Assembly (NCBI RefSeq): GCF_000007985.2
Contig: NC_002939.5
Location: 2,370,001 to 2,402,000 of the forward strand
Reading direction: 5' to 3'
DNA length: 32,000 nt
DNA from: Geobacter sulfurreducens PCA
Lineage (GTDB): Bacteria; Desulfobacterota; Desulfuromonadia; Geobacterales; Geobacteraceae
A program made the position numbers and the translations under genes. The number at the start of each line of letters is the position of its first letter. The stretch's first letter is position 1. The notes under the pieces are model-generated. The model saw nothing but the letters and a program-made list of their open reading frames with translations, did not search any database and had not been told where the DNA came from. This document shows positions 21,832 to 30,051 of this stretch, piece by piece.

Positions 21832-23319
21832 ATGGGGATACCGATGGCGCTTAACTTGAAAAAATTACCGATCCTGTTCCTCTCAGATTCGACAACATCA
21901 GTTGCGATCAGCCGTGAAGCGAAGGCCGGGCGCATCAGGAAGATCGGACCACGTCTCTATACGTCCAACACCAGTGACGATCCGGCATATATCATTCGGC
22001 AAAACTGGCTGCAGGCGTTGACATTACTATTTCCGGGCTGTGTCGTCAGCAACCGGACAGCACTCGAAAGCCGGGTTTCCCCTGCTGGCCGCGTGTATGT
22101 AACCGGTGACTATGCTCGAACTCTCGAATTGCATGGGACAAAATTCGTTCAGGTTAAAGGGTCTCCACCGGTAGAAGGTGATACCCCATTGTTAGGCATT
22201 TTCATGGCATCGCGTGCACGCGCCTTGCTGGAAAACCTGACGCCCTCCAGGGAGCGAAGCGGCGGTGAACTGAAGAACCTCCCCAGGGAAATGATCGAAC
22301 GTCGGCTTGCCGAATTGTTGAACGTCGAGAAGGAGGACTCTGTCAACCGACTGCGAGACCAGGCCCGCCAGATTGCTCCGCTGTTGGGGCTGGAGAAGGA
22401 GTTCGACGAACTGGACGACCTTATCGGGACGTTATTGAGAACCCGCAAGGCAACTCTTGCTGATCCGGTAGCCAAGGCGCATCAGTTGGGTACACCGTAT
22501 GATCCCCATGCGTTGGAGAGGGTTGAAACGCTCTGGTCAGTCCTTGCGTCGATGCCACATAACTATCGGCCTACAAACGCCGGAACCGGAACCCCATTTT
22601 ATACCGTTTCCTTCTTTGATGCGTACTTTTCAAATTATATTGAGGGTACTCGGTTCAAGGTCGATGAGGCAAAGGAAATTGTCGACTCGGGAGTGATCCC
22701 TGCAATACGTCCGGCAGATGGCCATGACATTCTTGGAACCTATCGAGTCGTCAGCAGCTTGGAGAATATGAGGAGAACGCCCAAGAATCCTGATGAGTTT
22801 ATCGAGCTGCTGCAATCAAGACATGCTGACATCATGGTGGGGAGACCGGACAAGCGACCGGGTGAATTCAAGGAAGAAGTGAATTATGCTGGCGCCACGC
22901 GTTTTGTTGACCCGGATCTGGTAAGAGGAACTTTGTCTCAAGGTTTCAGCTTGTATAAGTCACTTGAACACCCTTTCGCTAGGGCACTGTTGATTATGTT
23001 TCTCGTTGCTGAAGTACACCCGTTTGACGATGGCAATGGCAGGGCAGCGCGGGCAATGATGAATTCCGAGTTGATTACCGCAGAAGAAACACGCATCATC
23101 ATTCCCTCGGTTTTCAGGAATGAGTATGTGGCTTCGCTCAAGAGGATGACCAATCACTTGCAACCTGAGTCATTCATCAGCGTGATGTCGTTTGCTCAGG
23201 AGTTTGTATCCAGGATTTCATTCGACAGTTATGCCTCAGCACGGGTACAAATGGAAGGGTGCAATGCCTTCGATGATCCGGCAGATGACAAGAGATTGCT
23301 TCAACCGAGCATTTCCTGA
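21832..23319 (+). CDS. Fic-domain protein (class II, internal inhibitory helix) with N-terminal wHTH-like domain
   Basis: The Fic motif HPFDDGNGRAAR lies at nt 23017-23052. The upstream inhibitory-type motif S-N-Y-I-E-G ([ST]xxxE[GN]) lies at nt 22630-22647. The N-terminal ISREAKAGRIRKIGPRLYTS resembles AbiEi-type wHTH. An alternative start at 21844 has a better RBS. Confidence 0.85.
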   Translation: MGIPMALNLKKLPILFLSDSTTSVAISREAKAGRIRKIGPRLYTSNTSDDPAYIIRQNWLQALTLLFPGCVVSNRTALESRVSPAGRVYVTGDYARTLELHGTKFVQVKGSPPVEGDTPLLGIFMASRARALLENLTPSRERSGGELKNLPREMIERRLAELLNVEKEDSVNRLRDQARQIAPLLGLEKEFDELDDLIGTLLRTRKATLADPVAKAHQLGTPYDPHALERVETLWSVLASMPHNYRPTNAGTGTPFYTVSFFDAYFSNYIEGTRFKVDEAKEIVDSGVIPAIRPADGHDILGTYRVVSSLENMRRTPKNPDEFIELLQSRHADIMVGRPDKRPGEFKEEVNYAGATRFVDPDLVRGTLSQGFSLYKSLEHPFARALLIMFLVAEVHPFDDGNGRAARAMMNSELITAEETRIIIPSVFRNEYVASLKRMTNHLQPESFISVMSFAQEFVSRISFDSYASARVQMEGCNAFDDPADDKRLLQPSIS

Positions 23320-23400
23320 ATCCAAAGAAACAGACAAGAATATTTCTTAGATAACCGTGACATAGAAATTTATGTTTATTAGCAATATGTTACGCAGATT

Positions 23401-23422
23401 ACGGATGCAAAAACGGATGCTA
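23401..23422 (+). repeat. copy A of a doubled 11-bp repeat (ACGGATGCAAA-AACGGATGCTA)
   Basis: It lies in an A/T-rich noncoding spacer between the Fic gene and the tRNA. It repeats at 23560-23581. Confidence 0.6.
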
Positions 23423-23559
23423 TGAACTTCCTGCAGGGATGACAGACTATATTTTGAGTATTACGCAGTTGCTTGGCCTGTGAATTCAATACAATTTTAC
23501 GTAAATGTTGCACCTTGTTTCACTGGGTTATATGGTGATTCACGTTCGTTCAATTACAA

Positions 23560-23581
23560 ACGGATGCAAAAACAGATGCAA
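23560..23581 (+). repeat. copy B of the doubled 11-bp repeat (ACGGATGCAAA-AACAGATGCAA)
   Basis: It matches copy A at 20 of 22 positions, lies 159 bp to its right and sits about 60 bp from the tRNA 3' end. Confidence 0.6.
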
Positions 23582-23594
23582 AGCGGTCATTGAC

Positions 23595-23637
23595 AAAAAA
23601 GAAGGGGCTAGACACACTGTCTAACCCCTTGTTTTTA
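23595..23637. terminator. bidirectional rho-independent terminator
   Basis: Stem AAGGGGCTAGAC / GTCTAACCCCTT (one mismatch), loop ACACT. It is flanked by AAAAAA on the left and GTTTTTA on the right. On the minus strand it directly follows the tRNA. Confidence 0.65.
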
Positions 23638-23638
23638 T

Positions 23639-23713
<75 letters not shown>

Positions 23714-23732
23714 TCGATAGAGAGGTATGTAT

Positions 23733-25025
23733 TTAGCGCAGGGGCTCGGGAGTTGTCAACTGTTTTTTGGCCAGATAGCGCTGTGCCTCGGCGCGGGTGC
23801 GTACTTCGCCGGTGCTCTGGGCTGCGCGGAGCAGTTCAATGGCTTCCCCCACCTGTCTGCCCGGAGGCAAGCCGAGAAGGATCATGATGTCGTCGCCGGT
23901 GAGGAGGAGCCGTCCGCCGCGGGGGATGTGCTGGCGTGTCAGGTAGGCGGCAAGGTGGCGGCATCTGTCCTCAGGCAGAATGCCTTCCGCCAAGGGAAGG
24001 ATGAGCTGTTCGCAACCGGCCGGTTCGCGGTGGCAGAAGAGAGTAAAGAGGGCGTGCGGGTCCGGCGCGGCGGCAGGGGCAGGCCAGGTAAGGCGGGCCG
24101 AGGAGCAGAGGAGTTCCAGAAGCCGGGTGGCGGCCTTGCCGAGCATGAGCCGTTGCGATGCGATGCCTGCAGGTATGCCCGCGCCGTTCAGGAATGCGGC
24201 GAGTTTCGCCAGGGCGCGGATGGTGATGCCGGGCTGGACCTCCTGCCGTAGCCGTGCCCGAACCGGCTCCGCCTCGGTGCCGAAGGCCGAGAGATCGCGG
24301 CAGAGGGACTCGACCCGGTCAAGGGCGCCGGCGGCGGTATCGGCGGGAAGGTCGTCGGCCCCGAAGATGGCGCCCGTCACGCCGGCACAGGACATCTTAA
24401 GGACATAGGGAACTGCGTGCGGCAGATCGAGCATCCGGAAGAGTTCGTCCCTAATCCGCTCTCCGGCCACGGTGGCCAGGAGCGGTGCATGATCGGGGAT
24501 AAGCGCCAGGGTTGCGGCGTGGATCTCGAAGTCGAGATGGGCGGCAAAACGGTAGGCACGCACGATCCTGAGCGGATCGGCGGCAAAGGCCCCGGCAGAG
24601 CAGGCACGGATGACGCGCTGCGCCAAGTCGGCGGCTCCGCCCAGCGGGTCCAGCAGGTCGTCCGAACCACAGGACACGGCAAGGGCGTTGATGGTGAAGT
24701 CCCGCAGGGCGAGGTCGGCAGCGATGGTTCCGCCCTGGAGGGGAGCGAAGTCGCAGCTGGCGCCCTCCCCTTTCAGTACAACGCGGGCATGGCCCCGCTC
24801 TTCGTCGAGCGGGAAGAAGCTGCCGCCGATCCGGGCGGCAACGGCCCGGGGCAGGTCTTCCCCGCCGGGGCCGACCACGATGTCGATGTCATTGGATGGC
24901 CTCGCCAGCAGGGCATCGCGGACGCACCCACCCACAAACCACGCACCGAAGCCTCCGTGACGGGCAAGGGATGCAATAAGGGAGGGCAATGGCGCGGAAA
25001 TGAACGAAAGGAGGCGGTGGTCCAT
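23733..25025 (-). CDS. cca: CCA-adding enzyme / poly(A) polymerase family tRNA nucleotidyltransferase
   Basis: The N-terminal signature GGCVRDALLARPSNDIDIVV (GGxVRDxLLxxxxxDxD) is present, followed by RDFTINALA. Length is 430 aa. Confidence 0.8.
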   Translation of the reverse strand: MDHRLLSFISAPLPSLIASLARHGGFGAWFVGGCVRDALLARPSNDIDIVVGPGGEDLPRAVAARIGGSFFPLDEERGHARVVLKGEGASCDFAPLQGGTIAADLALRDFTINALAVSCGSDDLLDPLGGAADLAQRVIRACSAGAFAADPLRIVRAYRFAAHLDFEIHAATLALIPDHAPLLATVAGERIRDELFRMLDLPHAVPYVLKMSCAGVTGAIFGADDLPADTAAGALDRVESLCRDLSAFGTEAEPVRARLRQEVQPGITIRALAKLAAFLNGAGIPAGIASQRLMLGKAATRLLELLCSSARLTWPAPAAAPDPHALFTLFCHREPAGCEQLILPLAEGILPEDRCRHLAAYLTRQHIPRGGRLLLTGDDIMILLGLPPGRQVGEAIELLRAAQSTGEVRTRAEAQRYLAKKQLTTPEPLR

Positions 25026-25061
25026 GATTCGAGCTTACCGCCCGACCGGGGCGGAGGCAAC

Positions 25062-25087
25062 AAAAAAGCCCGCGCAAGGCGGGCTTT
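25062..25087 (-). terminator. rho-independent terminator after flgM
   Basis: On the minus strand: AGCCCGCC-TTGC-GCGGGCT followed by TTTTTTG. Confidence 0.6.
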
Positions 25088-25111
25088 CACGTAGCGAATG
25101 TGCGGAGTCCG

Positions 25112-25420
25112 TCAGGCGGTGACCCCGTTGCGCATGCTGATGAGCATCTTTTCCGCCACATCCCGGGCGCTGACATTGTACTCGCCCGCTGCGATCTGCT
25201 TTTTAAGTTCTTCCACCTTTTCGACCCTGACGTCGGGCATGGTACGCAGGGTAGCATTGGCCTTGACGAGCCGTTCCGCATTACGGGAAAGGTCGACCGT
25301 ATCGGTCGCCTGACCGCCGGCGGCGCCCGTTTTGCGCGCATCGGCACCCGAAGCTGCCTGGGACGTCTCGCCCTTGACTTGGTTAACGGTCGTTACAGGG
25401 GGATTGGTATCAATTTTCAT
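25112..25420 (-). CDS. flgM: anti-sigma-28 factor FlgM
   Basis: It begins MKIDTNPP. The C-terminal EKVEELKKQIAAGEYNVSARDVAEKML is the typical FlgM sigma-28-binding region. The start at 25420 lies 10 nt after GGAGG. The longer start at 25450 lacks an RBS. Confidence 0.75.
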   Translation of the reverse strand: MKIDTNPPVTTVNQVKGETSQAASGADARKTGAAGGQATDTVDLSRNAERLVKANATLRTMPDVRVEKVEELKKQIAAGEYNVSARDVAEKMLISMRNGVTA

Positions 25421-25463
25421 GGCGCACATGCCTCCCTCGCCTCCATTCATGCTTTTGATTACT

Positions 25464-25491
25464 ATATCGGCATGCCTCCAAAAAATCTTTA
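25464..25491 (-). promoter_or_regulatory. sigma-28 (FliA)-type promoter upstream of flgM
   Basis: The minus strand reads TAAA-N16-GCCGATAT. The consensus is TAAA-N15-GCCGATAA. The spacer is one nt longer than consensus. Confidence 0.4.
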
Positions 25492-25543
25492 GAAAAAAAT
25501 GACACGGCCCAAAAATTTTTTTCCCGAAAATGCCATTTTTGCG

Positions 25544-26713
25544 TCAATTCGCCGACACATCTTGATCCCCGTAGCCGGTGAGCTCAACATAACCTGACCC
25601 GGCAATCCCTTTACCGGTGTTGCTTCGCACCTCCACGGCACCTTCCCAGTAGCGGACGGTGGTGAACAGTTCCTGATCCGGCAGGCGCGGCACAATGTCC
25701 AGATCAATCCCCTCGGCAGGGATGCGCAGGCGCCAGCGCGAGGGGTAGCGGGCTCCACCCGCAGGGCTGGCCCACCAGGACAGGGTTTCGAGTGTTGCGG
25801 CAGCGGCCGCCAGGTGCCGGTAGGAGCCGTCGGCGGCCACAATGGTGCCGGCGCTGGCCGGGTCGGTGGTCCCGTCCCGACGCCGGAGTCGATAGTACAT
25901 GAGATCGCGGCCGTCGTTCAGGTGGAGGGCTAACCAGTCCCAGCCGGCCTGGTCCGGGGCGAGGGCACTGGTACTCCACTCCCGGTCGAGCCAGGAAAGA
26001 CCCGAGACGGTGAAAGTCGTGCCGCCGGCACGAACGGTGCCGGATGTCTCCATGCGGGGCAGCGAATAGTAATAGGAGGCGTTGCCCGGCTCCCCCCCCT
26101 TCCGGCTGAGCCCCCCTGCCCCGTTGAGGACCTCTGGCTTCACGGCCCGCAGGGTCAGGTCGATCCCCCAGTCTCCCCCGTTGCCCGTGAGCCGCACGGC
26201 CCAGGGGCGGGCCGCCACTTCCACGGCCTGCCAGTCTTCGAGCCATACGCGCAGGGGGCGGCCGCCGGCACCGGCGAGCCCCAGTGCTTCACGGCTCAGG
26301 CGCTCGGCATGCCGGAAACGCCTGCCCGCCACGTCGGTGAGGGCGAGGTGGGCCATCCAGACCTCTCCGGCACCCCAGCGCGAGTCCCGCGCCACGGGCC
26401 GGGGCCGGAGCGCCACCCGGAAAAAGGTGAGCTGGTACCCGAACGATCGGCCCTCGGCATCGGCCAGATTGCCGGTGAAGTACCACCACTCGTTGCGAAA
26501 GCCGTCATGGGGGCCGTGATCGTCGGGAAAGCTGAAGCGACGTGGCTCCAGTGCCCGGAGAAAGCCATCGGGAGAAGCGCCGCCCAGTGCCCGCGCCACG
26601 GAGAGCCGGGCCGGCGCCGGTTCGGGCCGCTGCTGCCGGAGAACCAGTGCCAGCCCGACCGCCAAGGCGATCAGGACGATACCTGCAACCAGAAACCTGG
26701 CGGGAGCGCCCAT
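25544..26713 (-). CDS. AttH/CrtC-like lipocalin-domain protein associated with the ABC exporter
   Basis: FPDDHGPHDGFRNEWWYFTGNL...GYQLTFFR is the hallmark N-terminal block of AttH/CrtC-like proteins. An N-terminal anchor FLVAGIVLIALAVGLALVL is present. The start at 26713 lies 1 nt after the permease stop. The ORF-track start at 27025 would overlap the permease by about 300 nt. Confidence 0.75.
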   Translation of the reverse strand: MGAPARFLVAGIVLIALAVGLALVLRQQRPEPAPARLSVARALGGASPDGFLRALEPRRFSFPDDHGPHDGFRNEWWYFTGNLADAEGRSFGYQLTFFRVALRPRPVARDSRWGAGEVWMAHLALTDVAGRRFRHAERLSREALGLAGAGGRPLRVWLEDWQAVEVAARPWAVRLTGNGGDWGIDLTLRAVKPEVLNGAGGLSRKGGEPGNASYYYSLPRMETSGTVRAGGTTFTVSGLSWLDREWSTSALAPDQAGWDWLALHLNDGRDLMYYRLRRRDGTTDPASAGTIVAADGSYRHLAAAAATLETLSWWASPAGGARYPSRWRLRIPAEGIDLDIVPRLPDQELFTTVRYWEGAVEVRSNTGKGIAGSGYVELTGYGDQDVSAN

Positions 26714-26714
26714 G

Positions 26715-29234
26715 CTACTCATTCTCCTTGAAGGCAAGGGCCGGGGGGACGCGAGCGGTAGCCAGGGCGGGCACGATCCCCGCCACGATCGCGGCGCCGA
26801 CCGCCAGCACGATGGCCTGCCAGAAGATCGACGGGGACAGGGAGAATTCCATTGTCCAGCCGAAGGACCGGCGGTTAATGGCATAGATGAGGACAGCGGC
26901 CTGAAGGATGCCGAGCGGCAGCGACAGAAGCCCCGCCGCGAGCCCCACGAGCCCGGTTTCCCCGCAGACCACCCCCCAGAGTTCGGCCGGAGTGAGTCCC
27001 ATGGCCCGCAGCACGGCCAGCTCACGCGCCCGCTCCACCTGCATGGCCATGAGGGCCGAAAGGATGCCGACCACGGCCACCACCACGGTCAGCAGGCGCA
27101 GCACGCCGGTGATGACGAAGGTCCGGTCGAACACTGCCACGGATGCCTCATACAGTTCTCGGCTGGAAATAATGCTGACCCGGGCGCTGCCGCTGCGGGC
27201 GCGGACCGCCTCGGCCAGTTGCGCTGAGGAGATGCCCGGCGCCGCGTACAGCCCCATGCCGTCCACGCTCCGGTCGTCCCAGTAGCGGTTGAAGGCGCCC
27301 CGGTCCATGGCCACGAAACCGCTGTCCGAGCCGTAATCGTAGAACACGCCGGCCACGGTGAAGTCCCGTTCGCCCCGGTCGGTCCGCAGCCGCACGGCAT
27401 CGCCGAGTCCGAGACGGTGACGGAAAGCGAAGGGCTCGGACACGATGATCCCTTCGCCGCTGCTGAAGGACTGCCAGGCCCGGTCCGGCGTTCCCTCCTT
27501 AAGGCGAAAACCGTCAAAGGTACGCCGGGGGATGCCGAGCACCAGCAGATCGGTCTCCCCTCCGGCCGACTGGATGGTGATCCTCCGGGTGGTACTGACC
27601 GCGGCTGCGCCAGGAACCAAACGGAGCCGCTCCACCAGGGCCGGGTCCAGCGGCGGTTTGTCGCGCCCCGTGCCGGTGCCGGCGGTGGTCACGTAGATAT
27701 CGGCCTTCAGCCGCCCGGCCAGCCATTGCTGCACGGTGTGGCGGAAGCTGTCCACCATGATCCCCACGCCAATGGTGGCCGACACCGCCACCACCAGGGC
27801 AGCCGTGGCCACGCCGGTGCGGGAGAGTGAAACAACGACGCCCCGGGCGGCCATGCGGCCCAGGTTGCCGAAGAGCAGCCCCATGGGCGGTTTCATGGCG
27901 CGGGCCACCAGGACCGTGCCGAAAGGAACCGTCAGGGCATAGCCGAGGATGAGCGCGAAAAGCCCCGTGAACCCCGCCGCGAGCCCGCCGAATCCCGTTG
28001 CCAGGAGCAGTGCGCCCCCGAGCATGGCCGCCAGCCCGGCAAGGGCCGCACGGGGTACGTGCCGACGGGTACGGGCCTCGATGAATGAGCGGGACAGGAC
28101 GGCGCGCGGCGGCGCAGCAGTCGCCTCCAGGGCGGGCGGAACCGCTGCCGCCACAGTGGCCGCGATGCCCAGAAGACACCCCTTGGCCAGGGTTGTCGCC
28201 GAAAGCGCAACCTGCTGCACCTCCAGTACGAAGTAGAGATCATTGATGGTGCGGGTTACGAGACGGGTGAGCACTTCCCCCAGGGCGAGGCCGAGAGCGA
28301 TCCCCGCGGCGGTGCCGATGAGGCCGGTCAGCAGGGCTTCGACGCAGACCTGGCCGAAGATTTCCCTGCGGGTGACCCCCATGGCCCGCATGAGCCCAAT
28401 CAGGCGCCGCCGGCGGACCACGGCAAAGGTGGTGGCGTTGTAGATGAGGAACATCCCCACCAGCAGGGCCAGGAAACTGAGGGCGGTGAGGTTGAGGCGG
28501 AACGCCCGGGTCATCCGGTCCATTGCTCCGGCCCGGGCACCGGCCGGGATGAGCGTGGCCCCCGGAGGCAAGGCGCCCACCCCTTTCCCGTCGGCCAGGA
28601 TCAGGTCGATGCGGGAGAGCCGCCCCGTCATGCCCAGAAGTTCCTGGGCCGTGGCAATGTCGGTCACCAGCACCGATGCCAGCCCCTGGCGGGCCAGTTC
28701 ATCGCCGGCCTCCAGATAGCCGACCAGCACCACGGAACGGGAAACGCCACCCACGTCGAGCCGGAGAGGCTTGCCCACTGCCGCGCCGACACGTTCCGCC
28801 GTCTCCCGCAGGAGCAGGCCCGTTGCCGGCGTTCCCATGAGGGCCGCCAGATCGACGCGGCCCCCGACCGGGGCGGTATGGGAGCGAAAGGGGGCCTCAA
28901 CCAGGGGATCGATGCCGATCAGGTGAAGAGTGGTGCCGGGACGGCCCGTGACCGAGACCACTCCTTCCACCACGGGAGCTGCCGGCCGGACCCCGCGCTC
29001 GACTCGGATAATGCGGTAAAGATCCTCGTCGAGCCCCCGGGGCCCGCCCACGATCTGGTGGCTGGCTTTCCCCGCCGCGGCCTCGGCAGCCAGCTGAAAG
29101 GCCCGGTGCGCACTCTCGTTGGCCACGTCCACGGCAGTGACCACCGCCACCCCCAGGGCCACGCCGATGACCGACAGGAAGGCGAGCAGTGGATGTCGCA
29201 GCAGGTGTCGTGCGCCGGCGCGCCACAGAATCAT
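26715..29234 (-). CDS. ABC transporter permease with two FtsX-type domains (AttF/G-, MacB-like)
   Basis: It is 839 aa with an N-terminal TM helix, a large periplasmic-type segment and then TM clusters, and this pattern occurs twice. It overlaps the ATPase gene by 4 nt. Confidence 0.8.
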   Translation of the reverse strand: MILWRAGARHLLRHPLLAFLSVIGVALGVAVVTAVDVANESAHRAFQLAAEAAAGKASHQIVGGPRGLDEDLYRIIRVERGVRPAAPVVEGVVSVTGRPGTTLHLIGIDPLVEAPFRSHTAPVGGRVDLAALMGTPATGLLLRETAERVGAAVGKPLRLDVGGVSRSVVLVGYLEAGDELARQGLASVLVTDIATAQELLGMTGRLSRIDLILADGKGVGALPPGATLIPAGARAGAMDRMTRAFRLNLTALSFLALLVGMFLIYNATTFAVVRRRRLIGLMRAMGVTRREIFGQVCVEALLTGLIGTAAGIALGLALGEVLTRLVTRTINDLYFVLEVQQVALSATTLAKGCLLGIAATVAAAVPPALEATAAPPRAVLSRSFIEARTRRHVPRAALAGLAAMLGGALLLATGFGGLAAGFTGLFALILGYALTVPFGTVLVARAMKPPMGLLFGNLGRMAARGVVVSLSRTGVATAALVVAVSATIGVGIMVDSFRHTVQQWLAGRLKADIYVTTAGTGTGRDKPPLDPALVERLRLVPGAAAVSTTRRITIQSAGGETDLLVLGIPRRTFDGFRLKEGTPDRAWQSFSSGEGIIVSEPFAFRHRLGLGDAVRLRTDRGERDFTVAGVFYDYGSDSGFVAMDRGAFNRYWDDRSVDGMGLYAAPGISSAQLAEAVRARSGSARVSIISSRELYEASVAVFDRTFVITGVLRLLTVVVAVVGILSALMAMQVERARELAVLRAMGLTPAELWGVVCGETGLVGLAAGLLSLPLGILQAAVLIYAINRRSFGWTMEFSLSPSIFWQAIVLAVGAAIVAGIVPALATARVPPALAFKENE

Positions 29235-29929
29235 GGCGGCGCCCCCCCGGCCATCCTCTCCTCCAGCAGGCCGTCGCGGATACAGACCACCCGGTCGGCG
29301 AGGCGCGCCACCTCGTCGCTGTGGGTCACCATCACGAGCGTTGTACCGCCGCGCCGGACCAGTTCCTGGAAGAGCGCCAGAACCTGCGCCCCGCTCTCGG
29401 CATCCAGGTTGCCGGTCGGCTCATCGGCCAGCACCAGTGACGGCTGATGGACGAGCGCCCTGGCCACGGCCACCCGCTGCTGTTCGCCACCGGACAACCG
29501 GTCCGGATAGCCTGCGGCCCGGTCGCCGAGCCCCACGGCATCCAGCAGTTCCGCCGCCCGTGCCCGTCCCGCCCGGTCGTCAGCGCCTGCCAGTTCCAGG
29601 GGGAGCAGCAGGTTCTCCAGCACCGTCAGGGTGGGAATCAGGTTGTAAAACTGGAATACAAAGCCGATCCGGTTCCGGCGGAACAGAGTCCGCTCCCGCT
29701 CGGTCATCCGGTTGATGGGAAGGCCGTCCACCCTTACCTCGCCCCGGTCGGGCAGGTCGATGCCGGCCATGAGGTTCAGGAGCGTGGACTTGCCCGAGCC
29801 GCTGCGCCCCAGGAGCGCCAGCCACTCCCCGCGCGCAATCCCGAGATCGGCTCCGCGCAAGACAATCCGCTCCCGGTCGCCCTCCCGATAGCCCTTGTGA
29901 ATGTGGTCAAGCAGAACAAGATGGCCCAT
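29231..29929 (-). CDS. ABC transporter ATP-binding protein (LolD/MacB-type)
   Basis: Walker A is GRSGSGKST, the signature is LSGGEQQRVAVARAL and Walker B is LVLADEPTGNLD. Confidence 0.9.
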   Translation of the reverse strand: MGHLVLLDHIHKGYREGDRERIVLRGADLGIARGEWLALLGRSGSGKSTLLNLMAGIDLPDRGEVRVDGLPINRMTERERTLFRRNRIGFVFQFYNLIPTLTVLENLLLPLELAGADDRAGRARAAELLDAVGLGDRAAGYPDRLSGGEQQRVAVARALVHQPSLVLADEPTGNLDAESGAQVLALFQELVRRGGTTLVMVTHSDEVARLADRVVCIRDGLLEERMAGGAPP

Positions 29930-30016
29930 GAAAAACGCTCCGGGGCAGGTAGTTTTGAAGATAATAGCACAGGGTGTAAACGGCTCAATTATTGTATATC
30001 AATATCAACTCACCCG

Positions 30017-30045
30017 TTGACGCAATCATGCAGAACCGCTAGAGT
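30017..30045 (+). promoter_or_regulatory. possible sigma70 promoter for the histidine kinase gene
   Basis: TTGACG-N17-TAGAGT. If it is used, the ATG at 30052 would be nearly leaderless and ATG 30073 becomes an alternative start. Confidence 0.3.
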
Positions 30046-30051
30046 GGAGCG

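Noticed and set aside
26714-27025. Upstream extension of the AttH-like ORF to 27025
   Set aside because: It would overlap the permease gene by about 300 nt in another frame. A start at 26713, right after the permease stop, gives a normal N-terminal membrane anchor.
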